Below are positions 10,514 to 23,600 of a stretch of DNA of 64,000 nucleotides, one piece after another. The position numbers and the translations under genes are program-made. The notes below the pieces were generated by a model, which did not search any database, was not told the origin of the DNA, and was given only the letters and a program-made list of their open reading frames with translations. The stretch is from Squalus acanthias. Taxonomy: Eukaryota. The DNA is taken from NCBI GenBank assembly GCA_030390025.1, contig CM059438.1:73160001-73224000 (forward strand), read 5' to 3'. Positions within the stretch are counted from its first letter, which is position 1. Each line of letters starts with the position of its first letter.

Positions 10514-12219
10514 AATGCGCCTACGCTAAACTTGTCCGGACTGCATGCATTTTGGGTGTAAAATGGACAATGAGCATTTCATTAAAGATGGTGACGTCAA
10601 CAATAAAGACCAACGAACCCGACACCACACAGTCTCATAATGGATCCTTCACAAGGTTCTGATCCAGCACACTCAGAAGTACTCAACAAATGCTGGAGCC
10701 ACAATGCTAGAGCCACATCTGCTGAGCACACAGTACCTTGTTCCAGTTCTTTGATCAGTTCTTGACACACTTTCTTTCAATTTACTGAAGGTGTCTTTTA
10801 TCCCTTTGGGAGCTATAACAAACCATAAAACTCGAACAAGTTTTTCAATATATAGGCATTGGCCTGGTGGTCCTATGGGATGTCCCACATTGCAGTTGAA
10901 CAGGGGGCAATGTCTGAATTCTCCATGCAACTAGCTTCCAGCTGTAGCTCTCCCTTCAAGAGGAGCAGAAGTCTAGCACTTGCCCTGTTTCGGGTTTTTT
11001 TTGGATCCTTTGGTGTTTCACTGTCCGTTGTGTTCCTGCTTACATAAATCCTCCTATCTTTTTATGGAGAGCCATTAATGATCCCGTCAGCTTTCTATAC
11101 TTAAATATTTCACTGAAAACAGCATTATTATTCTTGCAGAAGAGGGACATTTTCAGCTGGTAGAAAACCGGTTTGCGTTTGGATTATTTACTTCCCTTCT
11201 TTAGGCCCGTTGCTCCACTCTTCTCCAGCAGGCACCCTACTCCCAAGGCCTCTGTAATGACCCCCCAAGGGAGTGGGAGAACCGTGCAAGTTTACCTGCT
11301 TTATCATTTCCCCAACTCCCCCACATGGAAGTGGAAGCACTCAACCTCCATTCAGCACCTCCCTGTAATGACTCGAGAAACTGAGGGACTGCCAAGTGAG
11401 AAATGGGTGTCAGTGGTGGGTGATCTTGTATCCAACTTGTCCACCTTGCAATGCATAGGTAGGATTTTTCTGAAGTCGGGAATAATGAATAGCTTGTTCG
11501 TATTTGACATTGATAAATACGATAATTGTAAGCTTTCACAGCCTGTCACTCTCTGGCTTATAGAACTTAATGTGCTTTAAGTAATAGCATTATCCCCATC
11601 ATAACATTGCCTTCCTGGACAGCTGACAGCCGCATTTTACATGGGTTATTTTATTTTTATACTTTGTTTATTTAGCTTGCTATGAACTAGTGTGCAGGAC
11701 CCTCTCTGGTGGAATATATTACACATTTATAGTCGTATATAGTGAGATGTTTGCAATTGACTTGTCTAATTTCAGCATGGATTTCCAAAGCAGGGAAACT
11801 ATTTCAGAAAACTAAGCAAAGGTAAGATGATCTGAAGAGGTACATGAACAAAACATGCCACACAATCCAGATCAGCGTGGGTATTCATAGAAGGATCATC
11901 TGCCGTGGCGAGCTAAACCCCCTACAAGATGGTTTCCAAGGATTTATTTTATCTACATTAAGGATCACCTGTACATTCATGTTATTAAACAATTTTCCAA
12001 TAGCTCTTCTCAGATTAGTCAGCTGATGTGAGAGCCATTGTCATTCAATTGAAAGCCCACAAATTGATAAAGGTCTCATTTGATTTGCTGTTGTTGCAAA
12101 TTTACCGAGGAAACCAGATACCTGGATGTCTTCACCTGGCAAGAACATCTATCATCCGAAGTACGGATGTCTTCAAATCATGTACATTTGGTTATTGGGG
12201 GTGGGGGGGGGGGTAATAG

Positions 12220-12620
12220 GTTTTCACATCTTGCAAGTGGGTTCAAATCCAGTGCAGAGAGATAGTCTCCTCTGGCTGCTGCTTACAATGGTCCTATCTG
12301 AAATGAGATTGGACAGTTGTAATCTAGCTCTTAGTGCACTCTGCATCAATTCTAACACGAAGCCCTTTGCATAAAAGTGCTCCCCCATAAAGTGCATGAT
12401 AGCAGCGGGAAACCAACAGCTCTGGCCCAGCAGGAGTTGCTTTTCTGATGTTGGGACTGAGACACATCGTTAGAGCAAAGTAGACAGAGTTTTACTCTCC
12501 ATCCAACAGTACTATACCCAGCCTGGGAATGCTTGATGCAAACATTTGGTGCCCACAGTGTAAAGTGTTCCATTCCACAACATTAACATTCCTCATCTTT
12601 GATGAGCCCAAAATTCATGA
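12220..12620 (+). mobile_element. LF-SINE-like ancient tRNA-derived SINE
   Basis: B box GGTTCAAATCC followed by GGTCCTATCTGAAATGAG...CTAGCTCTTAGTG, recalling the LF-SINE core (from memory). Confidence 0.5.
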
Positions 12621-12726
12621 AATGAATTAAAACTAACTAAAAAAGAAAATCCTTGAATTATCAAATTTCAAGCATCTCTCTCACAATTCCCAGTTCTTCT
12701 ATCTGAAGGTGATCTCAGTTTGTTAC

Positions 12727-12943
12727 CTGTTTCTCCATCAGCATGTCTGCTGGGAGACCTCTCAAGTGATCGTTGTTTTTTCTCTTTTTTCCGATGGCAG
12801 CGATGCTGATGATGGTGGTGATGATGCGGCATTCGTTCCGGGATAATGCGCTCCAGAGAGTAATCGGGCAGATGCATTCCGTGAGATCGCTGTGGTGTCA
12901 GCGTAGACACAGAACGCTTCATTGGGCTTGTGTCTGGGATTGG
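12727..12943 (-). CDS. CACNA1B: CACNA1B exon 44 (poly-His region), 217 nt
   Basis: TTTTGTGTAG|CCA acceptor; PIPDTSPMKRSVSTLTPQRSHGMHLPDYSLERIIPERMPHHHHHHQHRCHRKKEKKQRSLERSPSRHADGET(G); G|GTAACA donor. Confidence 0.95.
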
Positions 12944-13319
12944 CTACACAAAATGGGCACAACACCCAAAAGAGTTAGAATGCCTGAGTTCAGTAGAGAC
13001 ACACTACTGTTACAATGATAAAATCTTATTCTGGTGTACTGTTGATAACAAGTATACAGCGTCCTGTTTAATATCACATTATTTAGCATAGTTCTTAATA
13101 CTGAAGAATTTATTAGGAAACGCAAAGCTGTAACATATGTCAACTCCAAATGCCATGCAGTAAGTTTTCATCAAGCTCATTTTATGGTTCTAAGCACCTG
13201 CAAATCTCCAAACAGAATTCCTTCGGTTGCTATGTGTAGTGGCTTCATAAACAAGTGAGGGAAGATTTCCTCATGAACCTGTTAGAAATACTGACCAGTG
13301 GAAATCTTCCTAGGATAGT

Positions 13320-13692
13320 AGGAACATTAGGAAGAGGAGTAGGCCATTCAGCCCCTCGGGCCTGCTCTGCCATCCAATGAGATCATGGCTGATCTGCGCC
13401 GCAACTCCATTTTCCCGCCTTTGCTCCATATCTCTTGATACCCTTACCTAACAAATATCTATCTATCTCATTCTTCTCCGCTCCAATTGTCCTAGCATCC
13501 ACAGCCTTTTGGGGGAGAGAGTTCCAAATTTCTACTACCCTATGTGTGCAAAAGGTGCTTCCTGATTTTGCTCCTGAGTGGGCTAGATCTAATTTTAAGA
13601 TTATGTACCTTATTCTCGATTCCCCCACCAGAGGAGATAGTTTCTCCATATCTAGACTATCAAAGGCTTTTAACATTTTAAACACCTTGAAC
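13320..13692 (-). mobile_element. CR1 LINE 3' fragment
   Basis: ORF remnant VFKMLKAFD...HRVVEIWNSLPQKAV...GKWS and CR1 3' tail GGCTGAATGGCCTACTCCT. Confidence 0.85.
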
Positions 13693-14576
13693 ACCTGCAT
13701 TTATTTATGATGTATCTTCACAAAGCAAAGCAAGGAAATCACCTTCACAGGGCGGAATGATGTGGTATATGGTAATGGCCTCTACTGGCTACCTGGTTCT
13801 AAATATTGCTTCTAAATATTGGACAACACTCGATCCCTGGGAATCCAAAACACCTCAAACCACGTGAACTGGGTTAACAATGAAGTTTAGCATTTCATCC
13901 TTCTGATCGGTCAGATATGTAAATCAGCATAACACAATATTTAGTGCCTATCAGATGCAGCCTAGATATTTACTTTGGTCTCGGTGTTTTTTTTAAACAA
14001 TTTTTAACTACTCTTGAAAGGTTTTTTTGTACTGTACACCCAAATATCATTACTGTAGCAAATATTTCATGCACTGGTATTGTCCCAGGAATGCACCTCA
14101 CAAACATACTAATGGTCTTTTTACGTGGTCCACTTACACTATTATTAGAATAAATCAACCCATTGTTTAACTAACAGAAATAGTCATCAACAAGGAAGAT
14201 TGAGGCTCAGACTAAACTGATGCATTGTAAACTAGGCCATGATTTCTATGCATAATCTGCATTTTGCAGTTTATATAAACTTGTTGATTTTTATGACCAA
14301 GACATTTCTTGATAGCACATTTTACACTAGCCTGTTCCACTGTATTTTGCTTATCTCTGGTTACTGATAACGTTATAATGTATTCATTAACATATCATTC
14401 ATGAACGCATCCTAGAAAGCTCAATTAACCAATAATTGCTAGTTTAAGATGGACCTAGGAAGCATATAAATGTTACATTGAAGAATATGCAGACATAATA
14501 CAAAGTTAAAATAGTTCTTATACTAGTGTTAAAGACCCCAGCACGCTCAGATAATTCACTGCCTGCACAAATGCAT

Positions 14577-15783
14577 CATAGAATCATAGAAAGTTACAGC
14601 ACGGAGGAGGTCATTTCGGCCCATCGTGTCCGTGCCAGCCAACAAAGAGCTATCCAGCCTAATCCCACTTCCCAGCTCTTGGTCTGTAGCCCTGCAGGTT
14701 AGAGCATCCCAAGTGCACATCCAAGTACTTTTTAAATGTGGTTAGGGTTTCTGCATCTACCACCCTTTCAGGCAGTGAGTTCCAGACCCCCACAACCCTC
14801 TGGGTTAAGAAATTTCCCCTCAAATCCCCTCTAAACCTTCCCCCAATTACTTTAAATCTGTGCCCCCTGGTTTTTGACCCCTCTGCTAAGGGAAATAGGT
14901 CCTTTCTATACACATTATCTATGCCCCTCATAATTTTATACACCTCAATAAGGTCTCCCCTCAGGCTCCTCTGTTCCAAGGAAAACAGACCCAGCCTATC
15001 CAGTCTTTCCTCATAGCTAAGATTCTCTACTCCCGGCAACATCCTTGTAAATCTCCTCTGTACCCTCTCTAGTGCAATCACATCTTTCCTGTAATGTGGT
15101 GACCAGAACTGCACGCAGTACTCCAGCTGAGGCCTAACTAGTGTTTTATACAGTTGAAGCATAACCCCCCTGCTCTTGTATTCTGTGTTACGGCTAATAA
15201 AGGCAAGCATTCCGTATGCCTTCTTAACCACCTTATCTACTTGGCCTGCTACCTTCAGGTATCTGTGGACATGCACTCCAAGGTCCCTTTGTTCCTCTAC
15301 ACTACTCAGTGTCCTACCATTTAATGTGTATTCCCTTTCCTTGTTAGCCCTCCCCAAATGCATTACCTCACACTTCTCCAGCTTGAATTCCATTTGCCAC
15401 TGTTCTGCCCACCTGACCAATTTATTGATATCTTCCTGCAGTCTACAGCTTCCTTCTTCAGTATCAACCACACAGCCGATTTTAGTATCATCTGCAAACT
15501 TCTTAATCATACCCCCTATATTCAAGTCAAGATTGTTGATATATACCACAAAAAGCAAGGGACCTAGTACTGAGCCCTGCGGAACCCCACTGGAAACAGC
15601 CTTCCAGTCACAAAAACACCCATCAACCATTACCCTCTGCTTCCTGTCTCCGAGCCAGTTTTGAATCCAACTTGACACTTTGCCCTGGATCCCATGGGCT
15701 TTTAACTTCGTGACCAGTCTGCCATGTGGAACCTTATCAAAAGCCTTGCTAAAGTCCATATATACTACATCAAACGCACTACC
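14577..15783 (-). mobile_element. 5'-truncated CR1 LINE with an open 366-aa RT C-terminal ORF
   Basis: DFSKAFDKVPH, GVPQGSVLGP and FADDTK RT motifs; (ATTCTATG)-type tail. Confidence 0.95.
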
Positions 15784-16272
15784 GCATTCTAAAGGAACTT
15801 TTTCACAAGTAACAATGGTGAGATTTTCCCACTATGGGCACATTCATTCTGGGTACAATCTTGAGTGTTCTCAAATGCTGTGTACACTGAATGTAGTGTT
15901 ACAAATTAGTGATCATTTCTTATTTCAGGCTCATAAATTAGGATTCGTAGCCACGTGTACAATCGTGTTAATAAATACAATAAATGGAGGACAAGCGTGG
16001 TGGCAGTTCTCTTTAAGATGTAGCAGGTTCCCAGTGGCACAGTTACAAGTTTCCCAAACTCAACGCACATGTCAGGAGGAGGAACCTCCACCAGTACTCA
16101 AAGCTTGAAACTCAGCTACAGGACTGGATCATACGCCAAGTTGAAATGACCTCCAGCATTCTCAACATCACAAGTGTAAGTGGGGCTTCATTTCAACGAA
16201 CGTGTAGGAAAATGCATAAAGATCAAAAGACTGAAGCAACGAAATAATGTAGACATAATATGAGTTACATAC

Positions 16273-16305
16273 TGCAAGGATACTCCCAGATGATCGAGAT
16301 GTTTT
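16273..16305 (-). CDS. CACNA1B: Candidate 33-nt in-frame alternative microexon of CACNA1B (KTSRSSGSILA)
   Basis: CCTTGCTGAAG| acceptor is the first AG after a ~365-nt AG-free zone; GCA|GTATGT donor; phase 0/0, no stop; same position as the CACNA1A alternative exon 44. Confidence 0.75.
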
Positions 16306-17854
16306 CTTCAGCAAGGGGTCGAGTAAGATGACACAGACAAGTGAAGCAGCCCATAGCACAGCAATTTGCAGACAACAGGGTAGGGAGGGGTTAGGGAGGG
16401 TTGGACGGGTAGAAACAGAGAAAAAGCAAAGCAAGACAGAACACCAGATATATTTATAAAAGCAAAATGGATCAACCAGAAAGTCAGAACAAAAAGTAGA
16501 TATCGGGAAAGTTACAGTGATAATGGAGAAAGGTTGATGGGAGAATAAAACAGAACAGAGAAAAGAAAATTGAGTGAAAGAAGAAGTCGGATTGAGAAAT
16601 GGTGGGCAGGATTGACAAGGCAAATGGAGGTTGGGGTGGAAAGACAAAGCACAAAACATTATGAAATGTTACTGCAGTTGAGCTCAAAATAACAAGCAAT
16701 TGCAAGTTTTCTTTTGGTTACATCAAATGATTTTTACCAGGCTAGATGAGGCAAGAAGCAACAGATACTGTGATTAAAAGCTGACAGTTTAAACCACAAA
16801 AACAACAAACACTCCCAATCAGAATGAATGATATCCAGGGCATTATTAAGCAATGGTATTACTCGGAGACAGAAATGTATACTGGTTAAAAACTTCAGTG
16901 CAATGGTTAGATATTGAAAAAGCAACAACACTTGAAAAGACCAGTTACTTAAGAAAGCATAAAACATTGATCGCTGATAAATACACTGGACACGAGAATG
17001 GGCTTCACCACAAGTAGAAGAGTGAAGTGAACTTTTATCTTTTGGAAGAGGCTTATACCTAGTGGTTTGCAGAGGTTAAATGAAGATTTATGAATGAATT
17101 TGGTTCTTTTTGACTTAATTTCTACTGTCTCATTACCTCTAATTTCAGATTTCAGTTCAACTCCATACTTGTCAAGTTAACTTACATAAACACTCGATGC
17201 TATGTTTTGAGGTGGCTTTCAGCAAATTAACTATAGCTGCCGAAATAGGAGTTCTTTATTAAGCTGCTAATAAATCATTTCTTGGATTGTAAACATTTCC
17301 AGTGGATTAGCGGTGTTATACTATTGTAAAAAGAGCTGTATTATTCAAATTTACCTCAAAATGATTTAGTGATAATATGGAAGCAAAAGTAACATTAAAG
17401 GCTAAACTAATTTTGTTTTGTAAAGGTGGCCAACAGCACTTTGTAAGAAACAAAGTCTGACTGATGATAATAAATAAGACTGAGGGCAGTGAGCAAGCCT
17501 TATATTGTTCATAAATCGAACGTACAATTAACTATTTAGAAGTCCTTGCCCTCAGGTTGTGGTGAAAGAGGCTTCCAATATAATCTTCACAAAGTCCATA
17601 CCTTTTTCTTTGGCCAGTCATAGTCTTTCTCTTATATATTTAATATTGTCTCTTCTCATATGCTTCCACCGCCACCCCCCCACTCCGCAATAGACTTGTC
17701 TCAATCACATGGCATTTTGTGACCACCTTGCCTCTGTTCAGCATCCCTCCAAGTAGGGATTGTGAGCTCAGCGCCTGCATCGAACCACTCCAAGCACATT
17801 GGCATTATTTGAAACCTTAATATTCGCTTCCGTTTTTCTTTGCAAATCCCTTAC

Positions 17855-17962
17855 CTGGATCTCTGCAGTCAGTCGAGGCATTGAAGCTGCACGTCCGTGG
17901 CTCTCCAGGCCTGGCTGATCGGCGTGATTCACATCATACCCTATCTCTCTCATCTCCACAGC
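17855..17962 (-). CDS. CACNA1B: CACNA1B exon 43, 108 nt
   Basis: TTGCACAG|GCT acceptor; AVEMREIGYDVNHADQPGLESHGRAASMPRLTAEIQ; CAG|GTAAGG donor. Confidence 0.95.
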
Positions 17963-18242
17963 CTGTGCAAGAGCAAGAGGATATCAGATCATATCCATTC
18001 CATTCAATTCATTATAACCTCTCCGTTCAGTGAGATTAAATCGCTGCCTAAAACACTTCCACAATCTACACAGATAAACAGTTAAAAGACAGCGTGGTTC
18101 ATTTTTCACAGGAATTTTTCAATCTCTCAATGACAAACATGACAAGATAGTTTATTTCTTCTCTACCTGGGCACTTAAATTTCTAGTATTTTCAATGTGA
18201 ATTCATGTCTTTTTTTCCTCAGTGTTGCTGCTTTGGTTCAGA

Positions 18243-18618
18243 AAACAACAACAACTTATATTTAAAGCGCCTTTAACTTAGTAAAACGTCCCAAGGCACA
18301 TCACAGGAGCGTTATCAAACAAAATTTGACACTGAGCCACTTAAGGAGATATTAGGACAGATGAGTGGTAGGTTTTAATGAGCGTCTTAAAGGAGAAAGA
18401 GAGGTAGAGAGGCAGAGAGGTTTAGGGAGGGAATTCCAGAACTTAGGTCCTTGGCAACTGAAGGCACGGCCACCAATGGTGGAGCGATTGAAATTGGGGA
18501 TGCTCAAGATGTCAGAATAAGAGGAGTGCAGATATCTGGGAGAGTTGTGGGGCTATAGGAGACTACAGAGATAAGGAGGAGCGAGGCCAAGAGGGATTTG
18601 AAAACAAGGATGAGAAGG
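18243..18618 (-). mobile_element. L2-like LINE 3' fragment
   Basis: Tail (TTG)n with GGCGCTTTAAATATAAG; body homologous to 58432-58745. Confidence 0.75.
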
Positions 18619-19079
18619 CACAATACCAAGGTAAACCTCACTATTGTTTCAATGGTGTCAAAAAGCCTGTCTGTCATTCCATGTGTCAGAGTTTCTAGTA
18701 TCATTTTAAAAAGCTCAGCCATTTATTGGCAGGCTGATTTTCTGGTGATGCAGAAGGTACACTGGATAGGTACTTTTTATTAATAACAAATGCATTCAAA
18801 ATTAAATTATGCAAGAGTTGATGCTAACTATAATGTGCATGCTTGGCTGAAGCACAAGGTCAGTGCTGACAAAGGATTTGAAAGGCTGATCGCATTTTAA
18901 ATTTTATGGTTAAATGTTTTGCAAACATTTTCTCTATTTGCAGGCGCAGCCATATCATTTACAATATTTGGATAGAGTCATACACCTGAGATCACAGGAC
19001 AACACCACATTATACTTATATAACACCTTTAATCAAGGTGCTTTACAAAAGGTCAGAAATAGGGCAAGTGACGAGTTAG

Positions 19080-19230
19080 TTTGTTTTTGGGATGTGGGCA
19101 GCTCCGACAACGCAGCATTCATTGTCCATCTCTAGTTGCCCCGAGGGCAGTAAGAGTCAACCATACAGAGGGAGACTGGAGTCATATGTAGGTCAGACCA
19201 GGTAGGAGTGATAGGTTCCCTTCCCTTCCT
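19080..19230 (-). mobile_element. SINE fragment of the 44770-45120 family
   Basis: GAGGGCAGTAAGAGTCAACCA...GACTGGAGTCATATGTAGGTCAGACCAGGTAGG matches 44850-44915. Confidence 0.65.
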
Positions 19231-20631
19231 TTTGTAAGTGAGGAGAGGATGAAGAAGAGAATCTCAGAGAGCAGGGCAGTGATGGCTGAAGGCTCTACCA
19301 ATGATGCTAGAGTGGACAGGGGGAGAATGCACAGTAGGATAGCCTCAAAAAAAGCAGAGGGTGTAAGGTGGGTCATAGGAAGAGGTTGCAGAGTAGAGCA
19401 CGGATGGATTTGTAAATGAGGATAAGGTAAAGATGTCTTCGTCGCACAAGTGAATTAATTATGTTAATTTGGCAATCATGTGGTTTTCCCCAAACATTTC
19501 TGCATCAATAGACCTGCTGATTTATATTTTCTTCCTGAAATCAGCTGGGAGCACATCTGTGCTTTTTCAGGTCAAAAATAAAACAATGTTCATAATCAGA
19601 AGATTTTGGACTTGATAGGCAGAATAACTTGGGAAAGAACAAGGCGCAGCTTTAAGTAAATAACCAATGCCAATGCTTTCACAAACTATCATGTTGAAAA
19701 GGTTTGGCGCGCATCATTAGCTGCATACTCAGTCCCTCCTCCTCCCATTGGAACTTGGTTCTGCCATCTCCACATGGTTAACATAAATAAGGTGCACTGG
19801 GCATTGATGCTGTCTTTCAATATGGATGGAAGATGATTTGTTCCCCGTGTCAAACAGGGAAATTGTGTGCATCATAGCAGAACTGCAACGCTGACATTTT
19901 CAGGTTTTATTGAGTTTAACGCCAAATTTGGAACTCCTCTCCATGTTACTGGGTTGGACCCTACAGTTATAAAGCTAATTCATCAGATTGTACCCCTTTT
20001 AAGTTATTTGTTTCACCTCAAGACAGTGCATTTTTAAGATTGCAACTAGAGAAACCAGATCCCACCAAGAAATTCTCAATTCTCATGTGTCTAGCCAACA
20101 ATGGAACTGTATGGCTTTCTGTTTCTACCATGGAGACTGGAAACTTGAGGTGGTTGTGTCTCGGGGAAGCTCCTGGTTGTGTAAAGTAATGTTTTAATAT
20201 CAGTTTTCGATAGGAGGGGTTCCCCAGCATTCAATCTGGTGCCATCTTAAGGTTTTTAGGTGCTGATTGAGCATGGGAATCATGTAATTCAGGCCTGTCT
20301 ATGTAAAAGGACATAGAACATATGTTTTGGAGCTACACATTTGGAAGTAAGTCTTTTTTTTAAGGGGTGGAGGTGGGGAAGTCATGGTCAATGAATGTTC
20401 TCCACAGGCTCTATCATTGGTACAGGTAAAGGACACATGGTCAATAGTTTGCTGCAGCTTTTATTCGATTCATAAACCTGACCAGAGTTATTCAGACCTG
20501 CCTCATGAGTAGATTAAAATCTGTATTCAAACCATTGACTATGCAGCTCCATGTTCAAACAATACATATTATAAAACAAAACTAACAGTCTACATGGGGC
20601 AGCATGTCGATACACCAAAAACCAACAGACC

Positions 20632-23600
20632 ATAAGAACACAATAAATAGGAGCAGGATTAGGCCATACGGCCCCTCGAGTCTGCTCCGCCATTCAATAA
20701 GATCATAACTGATCATCGACCTCAACTCCACTTTCCCGCCCGATCTCCATATCCCTTGATTCCCCTAGAGTCCAAAAATCTATCTATCTCAGCCTTGAAT
20801 ATGCTCAAAGACTCAGCATTCACAGCCCTCTGGGGCAGAGAATCCCAAAGATTCACAACCCTCCGAGTGAAGAAATTCCTCCTCATCTCAGTCTTAAATG
20901 GCCTACCCCTTATCCTGAGACTATGCCCCCTAGTTCTAGACACTCCAGCCAAGGAAAACAACCTCTCAGCATCTACCCTGTCAATCTCCTTCAGAATCTT
21001 GTATGTTTCAATGAGATCACCTCTTATTCTTCTAAACTCCAGAGAGTATCGGCCCATTCTACACAATCTCTCATCATAGGACAGCCCTCTCATCCCAGGA
21101 ATCAATCTATCAATCAATCTTTGTTGCACTGCCTCCAAGGCAAGTATATCCTTCCTTAGATAAGGAGACCAAAACTATGCAACTATGCACAGTACTCCAG
21201 GTGTGGTCTCAGCAAGGCCCTGTACAATTGTAGCAAGACCTCCTTATTCTTATACTTCAACCCCCTTGCAATAAAGGCCAACATGCCATTTGCCTTCCTT
21301 ATTGCTTGCTGTACCTGCATGCTAGATTTCTGTTTTTCTTGCATGAGGACACCCAAATCTCTCTGAACACCAACATTTGAAAGTTTCTCACCATTTAAAA
21401 ATATTCTGTTTTTCTATTCTTCCTATTTCCCTACATTACACACCATCTACCACCTTACTGCCTCCTCACAATTAATCTATCTATATTCCTTCGCAAACAC
21501 TTTGTGTTCTCCTCACAGCTTACTGTCCCACCTAGCTTTGTATCGTCAGAAAACTTGGATACATTACACTCGGTCCCTTCATCTCGGTCATTAATATAGA
21601 TTGTAAATAGCTGAGGACCCAACACTGATCCTTGCGGCACCCTACTAGTTACAGCCTGCCAACCTGAAAAAGATCTGTTTATCCCTACTCTCTGTTTTCT
21701 GTCTGTTAACCAATCCTCTATCCATGCTACTGTATTACCCCAACCCCATGAGCCCTAATCTTGTGTAATAACCTTTTATGTGGCACCTTATTGAATGCCT
21801 TTTGGAAATCCAAATATACTACATCCACTGGTACTCCTTTATCTACCCTGCTAGTTACATCCTCAAAAAACTCGAATAAATTTGTTAAACATTATTTCCC
21901 TTTCATAAAACCATGTTGACTCTGCCTAATCATGTTATGATTTTCTAAGTGCCCTGATACCATGTCCTTAACAATGGATTCCAGCATTTTCCTGACGACT
22001 GATGTCAGGCTAACTGGCCTGCAGTTCCCTGTTTTCTCTCTCCCTCCTTTCTTGAATAACGGTGTTACATTTGCGACCTTCCAATCCGCTGGGACCGTTC
22101 TAGAATCCAGGGAATTTTGGAAGATCAAAACCAATGCATCCACTATCTCTTCAGCCACCTCTTTTAGAACCCTAGGATGTAGGCCATCGGGTCCAGGGGA
22201 TTTGTCGGCTTTTAGTCCCATTAGTTTCTTTATACTTTTTCTTTACTTATATTAATTACATTAAGTTCCTCACCCTTATTAGACCCTTGGTTCCCCACCA
22301 TTTTTGATAAGCTTTTTGTGTCTTCTACTGTGAAGACAGATACAACATATTTGTTTAAGGTTTCTGCCATTTTCTTATTCCCCATAATAATTTCTCCTCT
22401 CTCAGCCTCTAAGGACCAATGTTTACTTTTGCTACTCTCTTCCTTTTTACATACTTGTAGAAGCTCTTACAATCTGCTTTTATATTTCTTGCTAGTTTTC
22501 TCTCATTCTAGTTTTCTCTCATTCTATTTTTTCCCTTTTTATCAATTTTTTGGTCATCCTTTGCTGGTTTCTGAAACTCTCCCAATCCTCAGGCTTACTA
22601 CTATTCTTCACAACATTATAAGCTTCTTCTTTCAATCTAATAGCCCTAACTTCTTTAGTTAGCCACAGTTGGATCACTTTTCCTGTGGAGTTTTTGTTTC
22701 TCAATGGAATGTATTTTTGTTGAGAATTATGAAATATTTCTTTAAATACTAGCCACTGCCATACCTTTTAATCTATTTTTCCAATCTACCTTAGCCAACT
22801 CTCCCCTCATACCTATGTAATTGGCTTCATTTAAGTTCAAGACTCTAGTTTCGGACTGAGGCAAGTCACTCTCAAACTTAATGTGAAATTCTATCATATT
22901 ATGATCACTCTGCCCCAGAGGATCCTTTACTATGAGATTGTCTCATTACATAATACAAGATCTAAAATAACCTGTTCCCTGGTTGGTTCCATGATGTATT
23001 GTTCTAGGAAACTGTCCCAGACTTTGTTACAAGCTCCTACTATTTCTTGATTAATATTTTGTAGCTACTGTTAGAGGGCCTATATACTACTCCTACCAGT
23101 ATTTTCTGCCCCTTGTTATTCCTTATCTCCACCCATACTGATTCTACTTCCTGATCTTCCGAGCCGAGATCCTTTCTCTCTACTGTCCTTATGTCATCCT
23201 TTATCATCAGGGCTACTCCCCCTCCTTTTCCATTCTGCCTGTCTATTCAAAACGTTAAGTACCCTGGAACATTTAGTTCCCAACCTTGGTCACCTTGCAA
23301 CCACGTCTCTGTAATGGCTATTAGATCAATCGCATTTATCTCTATTTGTGCCACTAGTTCATCTATCTTGTTACAAATGCTTCGTGCATTCAGGTAAAGA
23401 GCCTTTAATTTAAATTTTTTACCATTATTCCCTGCTTTGACCTTATTCTCTGCTACACTGCCACCGTTAAACTCTCTATCCCTTCCTGTCACACTCTGCT
23501 TATTTTTACCCAAATCGCTACACTGCTCTATTGTCTTGACCTTTCTCTTTAGATTTCTAAATTTCCCCTCACCTGACCCCTCACCCACCTTTTTGTTTTA

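Noticed and set aside
10870-11112. Possible alternative terminal exon (TTTTCAG|TGAAAT; GIINGSP-like peptide)
   Set aside because: In the required phase it stops after 8 codons; GIINGSP is in another frame and stop-bounded; the region looks like a decayed repeat
17059-17123. AG...GTATAA candidate exon in the e43-e44 intron
   Set aside because: No pyrimidine tract and an in-frame stop; the 16273-16305 candidate is far better supported
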